Of a stretch of 64,000 nt of DNA, positions 1 to 13,700 are shown piece by piece (within the stretch, counting starts at the first letter, position 1; the number at the start of each line of letters is the position of its first letter). A model generated the notes under the pieces. It was not told where the DNA came from. It searched no databases and saw only the letters and a list, made by a program, of their open reading frames with translations. This DNA is from Paragordius varius (Eukaryota; Animalia; Nematomorpha), in assembly GCA_964247055.1 (NCBI GenBank), contig OZ176055.1, positions 6,324,001-6,388,000 of the forward strand, given 5' to 3'. The position numbers were made by a program, and so were the translations under genes.

Positions 1-3000
1 CAAAGCGACATTACCAAAAACAGTAAAGATATGGACGAAACTTATTTTGATGAAAATATTAATAATAAATCAAATTCTATTAATAATAACTTGTCCAAAA
101 ATAATGCATTAAAGTCATCCTATGTGGATAATAAAAAGGGGGACATTTCTAGTGACATAAGCGACCAAGCTCTCAATGTTCCAAGTTTGGGTAAAACCGC
201 TAATTATAATTAATATTCACAAAAATTTATAATTATACCGAAAAATATAAAGACTAATATTATATTTTTTGCAAAAAAAACTATATTTTTTGATTTTCAT
301 CTATCTATATAATTTATATAATTAAATTGATTCAAAAATATAATTTTTTATTTTAATCATATATTTTGTACTAATTAAATTTTTTAAAAATTATTGTTCC
401 CGTAAAATTATAATAGAAATTTTTTTATAAACAAATAGCATTTCATAAACAAACTCCTGCTAAGCAGTTACTTTCCAGCACAGTATTGTTAGATCGGAAA
501 ATTGATAGAAATGACATTAAAACTACACCGACTCATGGTTCAACACGTTGCTTATTTAATGGCAACAACGAATCATCAATAAATGAGATTGGGTCTGATA
601 TCTCTACTTCAATACATGATTCCAGTTATGCTAAAAACCTGCCCAAAAATGTTGGATTACCCCGTATTTTTATGTTCTCCGGTCTAAGTGAAGAGGTAAA
701 AGAGCTTTTGTATTAATTAACAGTCGTTATTTTTCAACTTTCATAGATTTAGCCTATTTTTATACAATAGACCATTTATAAAAACGTTAGAAAGGTATAG
801 ACCGCTCATTATTCGCGTAATGTTAAAAGTCTTTAAAGTTGAGTTTTGGTTTAAAAATTGCTAGCGTTTCGATATTTTGACAATATAAAAAAATTTAGCC
901 ATTAGCTTTCCATACGATGGCTTAGTTGATTTGTCAAACGTAACTTTTAGCAGATGTGTCTTAAATGACGAAGTAGTCCATATTTAAAATTTTTTTATTT
1001 CATGATAATCAGCCTGTGCTGAATTATATAAAAGCACCGTTTATCTTAAAAAAACTATTACAACGGAAAATTATATACGGGGTGATACTATATACATTTT
1101 AATATCCAGAAAATTTTTTGCAATCATTTTACTTAGGAAAAAAATCATTATGGCGCCACAATAGAACGGTTGGGAGGCAAAATCTCTATGCAGCCATCGA
1201 CTTTTGACGTTAAGGCCACACATTTAATATGCGATACGCCTATAAGAACTGAAAAGTTTTTGGCCAGCATTGCTAAGGGTTTATGGATCCTTCATAAATC
1301 TTATGTTGAAGCTTGCAAGCATGCAGGGAAGTTTTTACCGGTACGATAAATGATTTTTTTGTCATTTTGTTTAATTATAATACATCATTTTATAAATTAA
1401 AATAAAATAAAAATAACTGTTTTATGTTAGTTAAAATATTGTAATTAATACATATAATAAGAGTATAAATTATATCTAATATACCATTAGAGTTGAAACT
1501 CACGCTTAAACAATTCAAATTCACTCTTAAACAATTAAAATTCTCCCTTGAACAATTCAATTTTACCCTAATATAAATTATGTATTTTTTATGATTAAAA
1601 ATTACCTATATTTTTTATATTTTTAATGATATTACGTTTAATATTAATATAATATTACAAAAATAATAAACTATGTCATAAGAATATATTTCTTTTTAAT
1701 AATAAGTTATATTAGTTCGAAAACAATTTGAATTGTTCAAGGGTGGATTTGAATCGTTTGAGGGGGAATTGGAATTGTTCAAGGGTAAATTTGAATTGTA
1801 AATGGTATATTAAATACGAATATATCATTTATATTAGGAGAGCACATATGAATGGGGATCTGAAACAACGCTTCAGATGTTATCGAATTCCTCCGCAAAA
1901 TCTCCCAATAACACTAACACGTCTTCGTCTACAACAAACGCTAAAGCCAAATCCACATACGATTTAGCTAGAGCTGCTCAATATTGGCGAATGACCCTAA
2001 ATCAAAAATTATTTGTTAGTATTTATTTTTTTTCCTTTTTTATTATTCTTTTGCGAGTAATATGTGAATTATACAATGTAGTATGGTAAAGTATTAATTG
2101 TAAAACCAAAACATGAAAGTAAAAAAATAGTTATTTTATACAGTAAATTATAGTTTAAACGTAGTTATCGTTTTAAGTTGCACAATAAGGAAGAGACATG
2201 TAAATTGTCATTTGAATTTATATTTTAGATTTCTAATCACATTATCCCAAAATAAATTGAATAACGGGAATGGTCTATTTATATATAAAATATTCGTCTT
2301 TTATGTTTTATTTTTGTCATTTTACTTTTTTTTCACACGTTTAAAATTTTGAATTATTTTGGTTTTTCTATAATAGACGAATGATAATATCACAACTATG
2401 AGAGGTGCTTTCACCAATTGGATCGCAATGTTATACATTAGTCCGTCTCAAGTTGATAACATAACTCGCCTGTTACAAGCAGGCTCTGCTATAGTTGTTT
2501 CTCCCTATGAATATGGCAACGAAACAAAAAATGTTGTGTTAAAAAATTCGAAAGGCCATACTTCTAAACATAATAAATTAAGTAAAGAGGATTCTCAAAG
2601 TATGCAAGATTTTGCCACTTACATTCTTAATCATGGGGTAACGCACGCTTTCATAGATTTTGCAAAATTGCCCCCTGAAACTAAGGTAAGTAGATTTAAA
2701 GCTAGTTATTTATTATTTATTTTTTGAATATACCAGTAACTAATGGTTTTGGTTCCATACAAATGGTGATGGTTTCAATCTCTTATACACTTTTATTTAT
2801 ATTCGTTTTTTTTATCGCTAATACATAATCGCTTTATTAATATGAAAATATTTATCAAGTATGGTTGATTTAACACCAAATAGTGTTAATCGTTTTACAC
2901 AATATGTTTTTTGGAAATTTTCAATATAATGTAAATTATATACGGGATACAATTTACACCTATATGTTTTTTTACTTTAGTTTATCATTCATTATTGTTT

Positions 3001-3394
3001 TGGTTACTGTTTTATTCGAAATAAACCTGTTCGTTTATTAAAAAAGAGAACAATATATCAAAAATTAGTTATGCTTAATATTCATTATATTTTTGGAAAT
3101 TGTTTTTCATTCCCAACTAATTTATTGATTCGGCATTTTAATTACAATTTAAATAAATCAAATCTTATAGCAATCATTGCAAAATTTAATTAGAAAATAA
3201 AATTAAAATTTTTACCGATTAAATATTTGTAGGTTGATATTGCAACTCTTAAAAGTTGTTCAGTGAAATGCCTTAAACCCGAATACATTCCCATTTATTT
3301 ATGCAACCCAGAAGTTAACGCAACCCCTTCGGATACTTTCACTGTTTCGACTCCACAATCACAATATTCATCATCTTATAACAAGAAAAGATAG
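1..3394 (+). CDS. TOPBP1: DNA topoisomerase II-binding protein 1, 3' part (BRCT7/8); 5'-partial. Exons <1-190, 439-695, 1137-1340, 1838-2014, 2377-2685, 3233-3394
   Basis: GT-AG joins keep frame. The translation IERLGGKI..ATHLICDTPIRTEKFLASIAKGLWILHKSYVEAC..ESTYEWG..LARAAQYWR..GAFTNWIAMLY..RLLQAGSAIV..VKCLKPEYI follows the TopBP1 BRCT7-8 pattern. Stop TAG at 3392-3394. Confidence 0.85.
1479..1810. mobile_element. Foldback MITE (family F) in a TOPBP1 intron
   Basis: Termini ATATACCATT / AATGGTATAT. Inverted arrays of ~21-bp TTGAACAATTCAA-type modules at ~1490-1570 and ~1725-1800. Confidence 0.7.
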
Positions 3395-3871
3395 CCTATA
3401 TAATTTATCATATGCAATAAATTTTGTTAATATTTATTTTATATTGGATAATCTTAAGAAAAAAATGACACGTATAGATAATATGTAAATACTGAACAAA
3501 ATATTGAACAGTTATTTCTACCCTTTTTTCATCCACCCCACTAAATCTGAATTTTAAAAGAGGCCCATGTTCTTAGGCGTAAATTACTAATATTTTATAT
3601 ATCTGACGCAACAACTTACATCACTTTCATATGTCAGTGCAATAAGGTAGCTTTTAATTGAAAATTAATATTAAAAACTGACAAGTTAAATACCATTATT
3701 TGAGGAAGCTTTTTTGCTTAGATCCATTAAGAAAAATATCATTAAACAGAAAATCCTATTATATTTATTAAACTAGTTAAAAGGCAACAGAATATCTAAA
3801 AACAACTCGAAGTCGAAAATGCGAAAAACCACAACATTAGACATTTTTCATATGCTTTTCATGTTTGAGTA

Positions 3872-5285
3872 ATCTGACCAGATATTTTGAACTTGGACGC
3901 AGTACAAAATTGAAACATAGTTTGCCTGTTTTTGCACCTTCGTGTGGTATATTACACAGTTTCCACAAAACATCCTGAAGAAATATATTTATATTATAAT
4001 AGAAATATCAGGATTATCATGGTGCTTTTTGTTTTAACCTTTACGAGTTATTAGAGAAAGTTATTTACACTTTTTTGGTAAGCGTTCCGTTTAAAATTGC
4101 AAAAGGTGGGCAATTTTTTTAAATAATTTTTGGTGGGGAAAGCTAAATGTTTTTAAAAATTTTAATTTTTACATGTGCTCTTTTAAAATGGACTGTTCTC
4201 TTAAAATAAACACAAAAATTCCGATATTGTGCAATAATTTTAAATATATACTAAATTTTGATATCAAGTAAATATATTTTTTAAAAAATCACACTTTCAA
4301 AATTTTTTAGCTAAATTTTGGTGAAGCGTATTATTATTTTGACCATGATGGAAACGATATAAAGGGTTGAGATGTTATAAAATTTTATGTATATAATTCG
4401 ATAGTTCTAATTATCAAGCAAAATTTTGAATAAAATATTAGTTCGTTATCCAATTTATGTTAAATAAAAATTGTGGTTTTACAAAAATCCACCTAAATTT
4501 GCAAGCAAACACACCTTTAAATTAAAATTCTGAACCTATAGTAATGTTCAACATCATCGAATTATTTAGAAAAAGGGATTTATTATATCTTAAAACGTTA
4601 TATACCGTTTCCAACGCTTCAAAATCGTTAGAAGTACGCCTCAACAAAATATCTCAAATTTGTTTATGCAAAAAAATAAGAAAACTAATAAAAATTAAAG
4701 TTTATGAAAAAATTAAGTAATATCATACCTTCCACCTAATGAAAATAGAAAACGTAAAAACGCTTATTCGAATAGGTTATTTCGAAATCATATGCCATAA
4801 ATAATACATTTTATTTAAAATGTTACGGGGATAACATTATTCTATATAATTTTCCGTTTGATAATTATAACAAAAAATTAACTTTCTAAACTTGATCAAA
4901 CATTTATTAAAATATATATTAATTTTGTTAATTTTAAATTTTGAGGCACCTCTTTTTTCAGAACCCTTGAGTGAAAGAGCCATTAGCCAGAATCTTATGG
5001 TATGGAGTTCAAGATTGTAGTTTCGCCACTCCGCGAAAGGCTGCAATCCTAAGTTTTATAATAGAATCCTAGTTTTTTACAGCAATATGAACCAATTACA
5101 AATTATGGGATTATTTTTACTCAGGGCTACATTAATTCTAAAATAATTTTTTTGAATAAATAAAGGGTAATTAATATATATTTATGAAAAATTTTTATTT
5201 TTAATTTCAAAAAGCAGTACAAAAGTGGGCCCAGTTTTTTTCTGAAAACCCAGTACTGTACTGCGAAAAACAGCCTATCTCACAT
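3872..5285 (+). mobile_element. Non-autonomous TA-flanked DNA element (family A), copy 1
   Basis: Ends TA|ATCTGACCAGATA ... TATCTCACAT|TA. Colinear with 33781-36043 and, in reverse, with 62662-63520. Confidence 0.75.
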
Positions 5286-6016
5286 TATGTGTGAGTTATA
5301 TATAAGGGCATTTATAAAAACCCAGTAGGAAATACTGTAAAATATTTAAATTGATTTGTTTTTTGAAAGCAAAAAAGAATATAATATATGAATGAGTTAT
5401 ACTCTACTTGTATGATTGGGTGATTCGTATTTTTCATTTGTATTGCTTACGCCATTTTTTACCGATATAGATATAATTTATTGTGTTAAAGCGGTTACAA
5501 GTCGAAAATTTGCTACGCCTATATAACGTATTTAATGGTAAGCTTTCTTTCTCTTACTATAAAAGCGATCTAATAAGAGTCTGGATCTTTTTTAACGTAA
5601 AACAATATCTTTAGTCTACATAAAATTATCTCATGAATATGCTAGCCTTCCTACTTCCGATATACCATTTACTTCACCAATTCAGACTTAAAATCTCGTA
5701 AACATTTACTTTTAAACATTTTACCTTTGCAAATCAGTTTAAACATCTCAAATTACCCATGACATATCAAATCGCCCCTAAATATTTGTTTGAGTTAAAT
5801 TATGACATTTGATATTTATTTGTTTTTAATAGAAATCTTTTTTTAGATCTATTAATCTTGTTAAATTGTTTATTAAATTATTTTTTATAAATATCACAAA
5901 TTATAAAAATAAATTAAAAAAAATAAACTTTACTAGAACAAGCTAATGATAAAAAATTACTTCTATTGCCATTTTTGAAAAGTATATAAAAACAAAATAA
6001 AGCAGATATACTTTAA

Positions 6017-6171
6017 CCACGGCCCACGGCCGCATGCGGTCCTAAAAATGCCTTTTTATGGCCCTGAAGTTCTTATTTTGCGTGTAAATACCTGCAAATG
6101 TGTCAAACATTATTATTCTTAAGACTAAAAAAAAATTGTGGCCGTTTAAAATTTTTTGATGAGTATCACTG
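6017..6171 (-). mobile_element. hAT (Buster-like) terminal fragment; duplicated at 9195-9349
   Basis: Ends in TGAGTATCACTG, matching the TIR CAGTGGTACTCA of the 46429-48276 element. Contains the GGCCGCATGCGG subterminal motif. Confidence 0.55.
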
Positions 6172-6281
6172 AAATAGGGTGACAAAACAGAAAAAAGATA
6201 ACATACAAACAATAATAATCAAATATGAATTTATTTAACCCCAAAAAATATTTATTGTTAGTAAATTAGATAAGATTTTAA

Positions 6282-6826
6282 CTCTTCGATTAAAATTGGG
6301 GTATCTTAATACCCCAGACTATATTTAAGTTAGGATTTCTAAAAAACTATTGAAGTGATCCTAATTCAAAACTTTTATCCCAAAATAAATTATATAAATA
6401 TTCCAAAATATCTAAATAAATTTTGTTTTGAAAATGTTTCATATCAAACTACTTCGACGCCATTTTTATTTACAAAATTTTCACAAAATAGCGTCTTAAT
6501 TTTACGCGTAAATATTTTTTATTTATATCACATCTTATATTGATAGAAACAGAAAAAGCGGTTTATTTTGATTTTTCAATTGTAGCATTGCACACATGTC
6601 AGGCTGACTAATTTTTTACCTTTCAGTTTTAGCTTAAATTAAGTAATATCAAGTATTTTGAATAAAATTTTTTATATATTTCGGTTTATCAAATATATAT
6701 AAGTGTAAAATTTTGCCATGGTTTCGATTTCCATATTTTTTTAAAATTTAATATTAAACAGGCCTGGTGTATTTAACTACCTCAATTTGAATCGAAGGAC
6801 TAAAATGTATGTGTTGTATCCAAGTG
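6282..6826 (+). mobile_element. piggyBac-like MITE (family D); duplicated at 9460-10004
   Basis: Left TTAA|CTCTTCGATTAAAATTGGGGTATC, right GTATCCAAGTG. Internal sequence colinear with the other D copies. Confidence 0.7.
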
Positions 6827-6903
6827 CTATATGTTCGATGGAATATAAAATGAATTGCAAATGTTAATATTTAGTGTTCAATGGTGATTCCGGGATATTT
6901 TAA

Positions 6904-7480
6904 CACTTGGATTTAAATTAGGGTATCTAAATACCCCAGACTAAATTTAAATTAATATTTTTAAAAAACTACTGAAGGAAACGGTCCCAATTTAAATTTA
7001 TGCTTCTATCCTGATAAATATTATATAAATATGCCAAGATACCTTGATAAATTTTGTTTTGAAAAAAAGCTCCATCTCAAACTACTTCGACGCCATTTTT
7101 ATTTTACAAAATTTTTGCAAAATATCGTCTTTATTTAAATTTAAGGGTAAAATAAGGCTAGTTTATAATTAAATTACATTTAACATTGATAGAAATAGAA
7201 AAAGCTGTTTAGTTTGTATAATTTTTTTTTACAATTTGACACATGTCACGTTGACGAAATTTTTACCTCTCGAGTTTAGCTTAAAATAAGTATTATCAAG
7301 TATTTTTGAATAAATTTTTTTTATATAATTCGGTTTATTAATGTTAGATAAGTGCAAAATTTTGCCATGGCTTTGATTCTATCTATATTTTGTAAATAAT
7401 TTAATTTTAAAAGGACCTGGGGTATCCAACTACCCCCAATTTGAATTGAAGGACTAAAATGAGTGTGTTGTATCCCAGTG
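6904..7480 (+). mobile_element. piggyBac-like MITE (family D); duplicated at 10082-10658
   Basis: TTAA|CACTTGGAT ... GTATCCCAGTG|TTAA, 577 bp. Confidence 0.8.
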
Positions 7481-7540
7481 TTAATAAAAATAAAACATAT
7501 CGTTACATTTTAAAATTAAAACATGTGCTATAAAATTTAA

Positions 7541-7866
7541 ATGCTTAAAATATTTGATTTAAACCCTTCTCAAAATAATGATTTTGAAAGCGTTATAACT
7601 ATACGTGATGATGTATATATTGTAGGAAAATACGAAGTTAAACTTTATACAAGTATAAATTTGTTTATATTTTTAGAGGGTTTAGAAATTAAAAAGATAA
7701 AGTTAGAGAAAAAGATATCACAAATAATTTATTTTGACAATAAATTTGCCATATTTTCTGGTATTTTCAATTAATTTTAGACTTTTTATATGTATTTGAT
7801 AATCACTTACAGAAACTATTAACTTTGGATACCATTAAAAACCTACAAATATTTGCGGTAGACTAA
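7541..7866 (+). pseudogene. VPS39: Truncated VPS39 5' copy (exons 1-2 and part of exon 3), 93 aa if spliced
   Basis: Identical to 10719-11041. At the duplication junction GAC|TAA creates an in-frame stop (7864-7866). Confidence 0.75.
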
Positions 7867-10718
7867 TAAAAATTAAAGTTTATGAAAAAATTAAGTAATA
7901 TCATACCTTCCACCTAATGAAAATAGAAAACGTAAAAACGCTTATTCGAATAGGTTATTTCGAAATCATATGCCATAAATAATACATTTTATTTAAAATG
8001 TTACGGGGATAACATTATTCTATATAATTTTCCGTTTGATAATTATAACAAAAAATTAACTTTCTAAACTTGATCAAACATTTATTAAAATATATATTAA
8101 TTTTGTTAATTTTAAATTTTGAGGCACCTCTTTTTTCAGAACCCTTGAGTGAAAGAGCCATTAGCCAGAATCTTATGGTATGGAGTTCAAGATTGTAGTT
8201 TCGCCACTCCGCGAAAGGCTGCAATCCTAAGTTTTATAATAGAATCCTAGTTTTTTACAGCAATATGAACCAATTACAAATTATGGGATTATTTTTACTC
8301 AGGGCTACATTAATTCTAAAATAATTTTTTTGAATAAATAAAGGGTAATTAATATATATTTATGAAAAATTTTTATTTTTAATTTCAAAAAGCAGTACAA
8401 AAGTGGGCCCAGTTTTTTTCTGAAAACCCAGTACTGTACTGCGAAAAACAGCCTATCTCACATTATGTGTGAGTTATATATAAGGGCATTTATAAAAACC
8501 CAGTAGGAAATACTGTAAAATATTTAAATTGATTTGTTTTTTGAAAGCAAAAAAGAATATAATATATGAATGAGTTATACTCTACTTGTATGATTGGGTG
8601 ATTCGTATTTTTCATTTGTATTGCTTACGCCATTTTTTACCGATATAGATATAATTTATTGTGTTAAAGCGGTTACAAGTCGAAAATTTGCTACGCCTAT
8701 ATAACGTATTTAATGGTAAGCTTTCTTTCTCTTACTATAAAAGCGATCTAATAAGAGTCTGGATCTTTTTTAACGTAAAACAATATCTTTAGTCTACATA
8801 AAATTATCTCATGAATATGCTAGCCTTCCTACTTCCGATATACCATTTACTTCACCAATTCAGACTTAAAATCTCGTAAACATTTACTTTTAAACATTTT
8901 ACCTTTGCAAATCAGTTTAAACATCTCAAATTACCCATGACATATCAAATCGCCCCTAAATATTTGTTTGAGTTAAATTATGACATTTGATATTTATTTG
9001 TTTTTAATAGAAATCTTTTTTTAGATCTATTAATCTTGTTAAATTGTTTATTAAATTATTTTTTATAAATATCACAAATTATAAAAATAAATTAAAAAAA
9101 ATAAACTTTACTAGAACAAGCTAATGATAAAAAATTACTTCTATTGCCATTTTTGAAAAGTATATAAAAACAAAATAAAGCAGATATACTTTAACCACGG
9201 CCCACGGCCGCATGCGGTCCTAAAAATGCCTTTTTATGGCCCTGAAGTTCTTATTTTGCGTGTAAATACCTGCAAATGTGTCAAACATTATTATTCTTAA
9301 GACTAAAAAAAAATTGTGGCCGTTTAAAATTTTTTGATGAGTATCACTGAAATAGGGTGACAAAACAGAAAAAAGATAACATACAAACAATAATAATCAA
9401 ATATGAATTTATTTAACCCCAAAAAATATTTATTGTTAGTAAATTAGATAAGATTTTAACTCTTCGATTAAAATTGGGGTATCTTAATACCCCAGACTAT
9501 ATTTAAGTTAGGATTTCTAAAAAACTATTGAAGTGATCCTAATTCAAAACTTTTATCCCAAAATAAATTATATAAATATTCCAAAATATCTAAATAAATT
9601 TTGTTTTGAAAATGTTTCATATCAAACTACTTCGACGCCATTTTTATTTACAAAATTTTCACAAAATAGCGTCTTAATTTTACGCGTAAATATTTTTTAT
9701 TTATATCACATCTTATATTGATAGAAACAGAAAAAGCGGTTTATTTTGATTTTTCAATTGTAGCATTGCACACATGTCAGGCTGACTAATTTTTTACCTT
9801 TCAGTTTTAGCTTAAATTAAGTAATATCAAGTATTTTGAATAAAATTTTTTATATATTTCGGTTTATCAAATATATATAAGTGTAAAATTTTGCCATGGT
9901 TTCGATTTCCATATTTTTTTAAAATTTAATATTAAACAGGCCTGGTGTATTTAACTACCTCAATTTGAATCGAAGGACTAAAATGTATGTGTTGTATCCA
10001 AGTGCTATATGTTCGATGGAATATAAAATGAATTGCAAATGTTAATATTTAGTGTTCAATGGTGATTCCGGGATATTTTAACACTTGGATTTAAATTAGG
10101 GTATCTAAATACCCCAGACTAAATTTAAATTAATATTTTTAAAAAACTACTGAAGGAAACGGTCCCAATTTAAATTTATGCTTCTATCCTGATAAATATT
10201 ATATAAATATGCCAAGATACCTTGATAAATTTTGTTTTGAAAAAAAGCTCCATCTCAAACTACTTCGACGCCATTTTTATTTTACAAAATTTTTGCAAAA
10301 TATCGTCTTTATTTAAATTTAAGGGTAAAATAAGGCTAGTTTATAATTAAATTACATTTAACATTGATAGAAATAGAAAAAGCTGTTTAGTTTGTATAAT
10401 TTTTTTTTACAATTTGACACATGTCACGTTGACGAAATTTTTACCTCTCGAGTTTAGCTTAAAATAAGTATTATCAAGTATTTTTGAATAAATTTTTTTT
10501 ATATAATTCGGTTTATTAATGTTAGATAAGTGCAAAATTTTGCCATGGCTTTGATTCTATCTATATTTTGTAAATAATTTAATTTTAAAAGGACCTGGGG
10601 TATCCAACTACCCCCAATTTGAATTGAAGGACTAAAATGAGTGTGTTGTATCCCAGTGTTAATAAAAATAAAACATATCGTTACATTTTAAAATTAAAAC
10701 ATGTGCTATAAAATTTAA

Positions 10719-13700
10719 ATGCTTAAAATATTTGATTTAAACCCTTCTCAAAATAATGATTTTGAAAGCGTTATAACTATACGTGATGATGTATATATTG
10801 TAGGAAAATACGAAGTTAAACTTTATACAAGTATAAATTTGTTTATATTTTTAGAGGGTTTAGAAATTAAAAAGATAAAGTTAGAGAAAAAGATATCACA
10901 AATAATTTATTTTGACAATAAATTTGCCATATTTTCTGGTATTTTCAATTAATTTTAGACTTTTTATATGTATTTGATAATCACTTACAGAAACTATTAA
11001 CTTTGGATACCATTAAAAACCTACAAATATTTGCGGTAGACTTATCAACTATTGATTATGGCATTATTAAATTTGCCATTTTTCATAAGAAAAAAATTTT
11101 ATTAGTAAATTATTCGCAATCTTATTTAAAAATTACAGTAATATTAGTTATTTTAATACATTTAGTCAGAAATTAATGTATACGAAGATTCAATAAAGCA
11201 TTTGATCTGGTATAATGAATCCATAATTTTTGCCACTAAAAATGACTACTTTGCTCTAAATGTATTATAGCTAGTAATAATCTAGGTTAATAATTCACAA
11301 AAGCAGGAGATATGTCCTTGCGTCAAAAACTCGTTCATTTTATACGTTTGTGCGGATATTGCCAATGATATAGCTGGTATATTTAATATATTATTTTTTT
11401 TTGGTAAACATAAACTTTATAAATTTTTTTGCTTAACACTTGAATACAACACATTTAACTCAGTCCTTTGATTTAAATTGGGATAATTAATGACCCCAGT
11501 ATTAAAAATACTTAAAAAATTATGGAACACATTAAAACCATTACAAAAGTTAGCACTTATATAATATTGATGAATCGAAATATAAAAATTAAATTCAAAC
11601 TTGATATTACTCTTTTATGGTTAAACCCAAAGGTAAAAATCTAGGTAACATGATTGTGCATTAGGTAATAAAATATAATGCAAATTATTTCTGTTTCTAT
11701 CAATGTTAGATGTGGTTTAAATAAAAAATAGCTTTAATTTTAGCAAATTAATATTACCTGATATTTCGCAAAAATGTTGTTAAATATTAATAACTTCAAA
11801 ACATTTTATTTGAAGCTTTTTTTTTCAAAGCTTAATTATATTTAGATATTTTGGCTTTTTTATATAATTTTTATTAGGATATAAGCATAAATTTAAATTG
11901 GAACCGTATTCTGAGCAGTTTTTTAATTTAATCAATTCAATCTGGGGTCATTGGTTACCCCAATTTGAAACGAGTGTTATGTAAATCGATGGAAGCATTA
12001 TTCTTGCAAAATATTTTTTTCTATCCAGAATTTATTTGTGTGTAATGTTTTTTATTCCAATTTACCCTGTATTTTCTAACGCTCATGTGACTTGCGAGCT
12101 AAATTCTTATATTTAAAATATAAAAAATTAAAATATTAATTGGATATAAATAACGTGTCAGATTTTTTTTAAATAACTTAGAGGTGGTTTTCAAACACCA
12201 TATAATTTAGGGCGTCATTGAACAATTGCCTAAACATAGCAATAGATGTTATAATGATAAAAATAACTTTTCAATATCATTTTTGCTCATTTCCATACGC
12301 CCTTTGTATTTTATATTACTTATGTTCAAAAAATGTATTTTAGTACACCAAAATTTAACAAATACCGATGGGTTAACTCACCCCCTATTTTCAAATGCCC
12401 CATTGAGCACCCCAACAAGCAATCTCAACTATGTTAATCCCCTAATTCCAAAGCTATTTAAACCGACGCTTTCCTCATCACCAAACATTGCGCGGTTAAA
12501 AGATACTAAATTCTTACCTGGTTCATTGAAGACATCTATGGGATATGCTGCCTCGATTGGAAATAAAATTACAAATTATAATTATTGGTTTGCCCTTGTC
12601 AAAGATGAAAAAACTCTGTTTTATGATGCAAAAAGTGGGGAACTACATGCATTTGTCATTAGTTGGTCGGAACCGCCCATATCTATAAGTTATTTTTTGA
12701 AATTTTTTTTATGGTAAAGAGTCATTTTTGATTATAATTAAACATTTTTATGGTTATAGCTTGTAAGACACCATACTTTATTGGTTTGTTGCCTAATTGC
12801 ATTGAAATTCGAAGCGCAAAAACATTTGAAATCCTTCAATCCATCGCATATCCAAAAGCAAAGGGGATGGATTATTCAAAGTATTTTATTGTCTTTGTAA
12901 ATTATTTTATACAGTTTCATGAGTATTTTGACGCTTATATACCTTAATTATTATTGAATATACTAGTAAGATTTAGTATTTTACAATCGATAAAATTTTT
13001 AATATGGCTCTAAAAATATATATTCCTTTGTAATATTGTGAGTTAGTTTTTGTAACAATTTTACCGTAAACTAAATATATGGTTGAACTGAACAATTTTG
13101 GTTGATAACAACAATATATTGATTTTCAAACATATTTTTTACCAGTAATCACAAAATCCGTATTTTAATTTATTTAATGAACAAAATCATTATAATACAA
13201 TATTTTTAATATAATATTTTACCGCCATCCATCCTGTAATTGTATTTTCTCATAAAATTTAATATTTTAGTTATTTGTCAACCCCACAAACAGGGAGTAT
13301 AACAGTGTGGACATCTACATCATACTCTATGCTTTCGGAAAAACCATTCAAAGAACTAATTAGGCAGGCCATAAAATATAAATTATACGATATAGCCCTG
13401 GATATTATAGTAAACCAGATTAAAGTTTTTTTTTCATTAAAAATTATTTATTTTTTAGATAATCCTTTAATTTTTAGATTCTCAACCCTTACAACTTTTC
13501 AAAAAAATATTTGATAATTGTTTTATTAAACTGCTTGAAAACCGTATATTTATAGAAACAAGCGGATCTTGACACGGAAGAAAAGCGAAATTATGTTTTC
13601 TCTGTTAAATATGCTAAAGCAGTTAACAAATTCAATGAAAAACAATATAAAATGGCCATGAATATTCTTACCGAAATAAAAATGGGTAATTTTAATATTT

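Larger units (their letters stand above)
4684..11042. repeat. 3178-bp direct tandem duplication (4684-7861 / 7862-11039)
   Basis: Constant offset of 3178 (e.g. ORFs 4837/8015, 6355/9533, 7541/10719). ACT microhomology at 4684, 7862 and 11040. Identical at every spot compared by eye. Confidence 0.95.

Noticed and set aside
1728-1967. NCSRV-repeat peptides (also 60680-60874)
   Set aside because: These are translations of the 21-bp foldback modules.
4837-9721. ORFs 4837, 6355, 8015 and 9533
   Set aside because: They fall inside family A or D repeats and are duplicated only by the tandem duplication.
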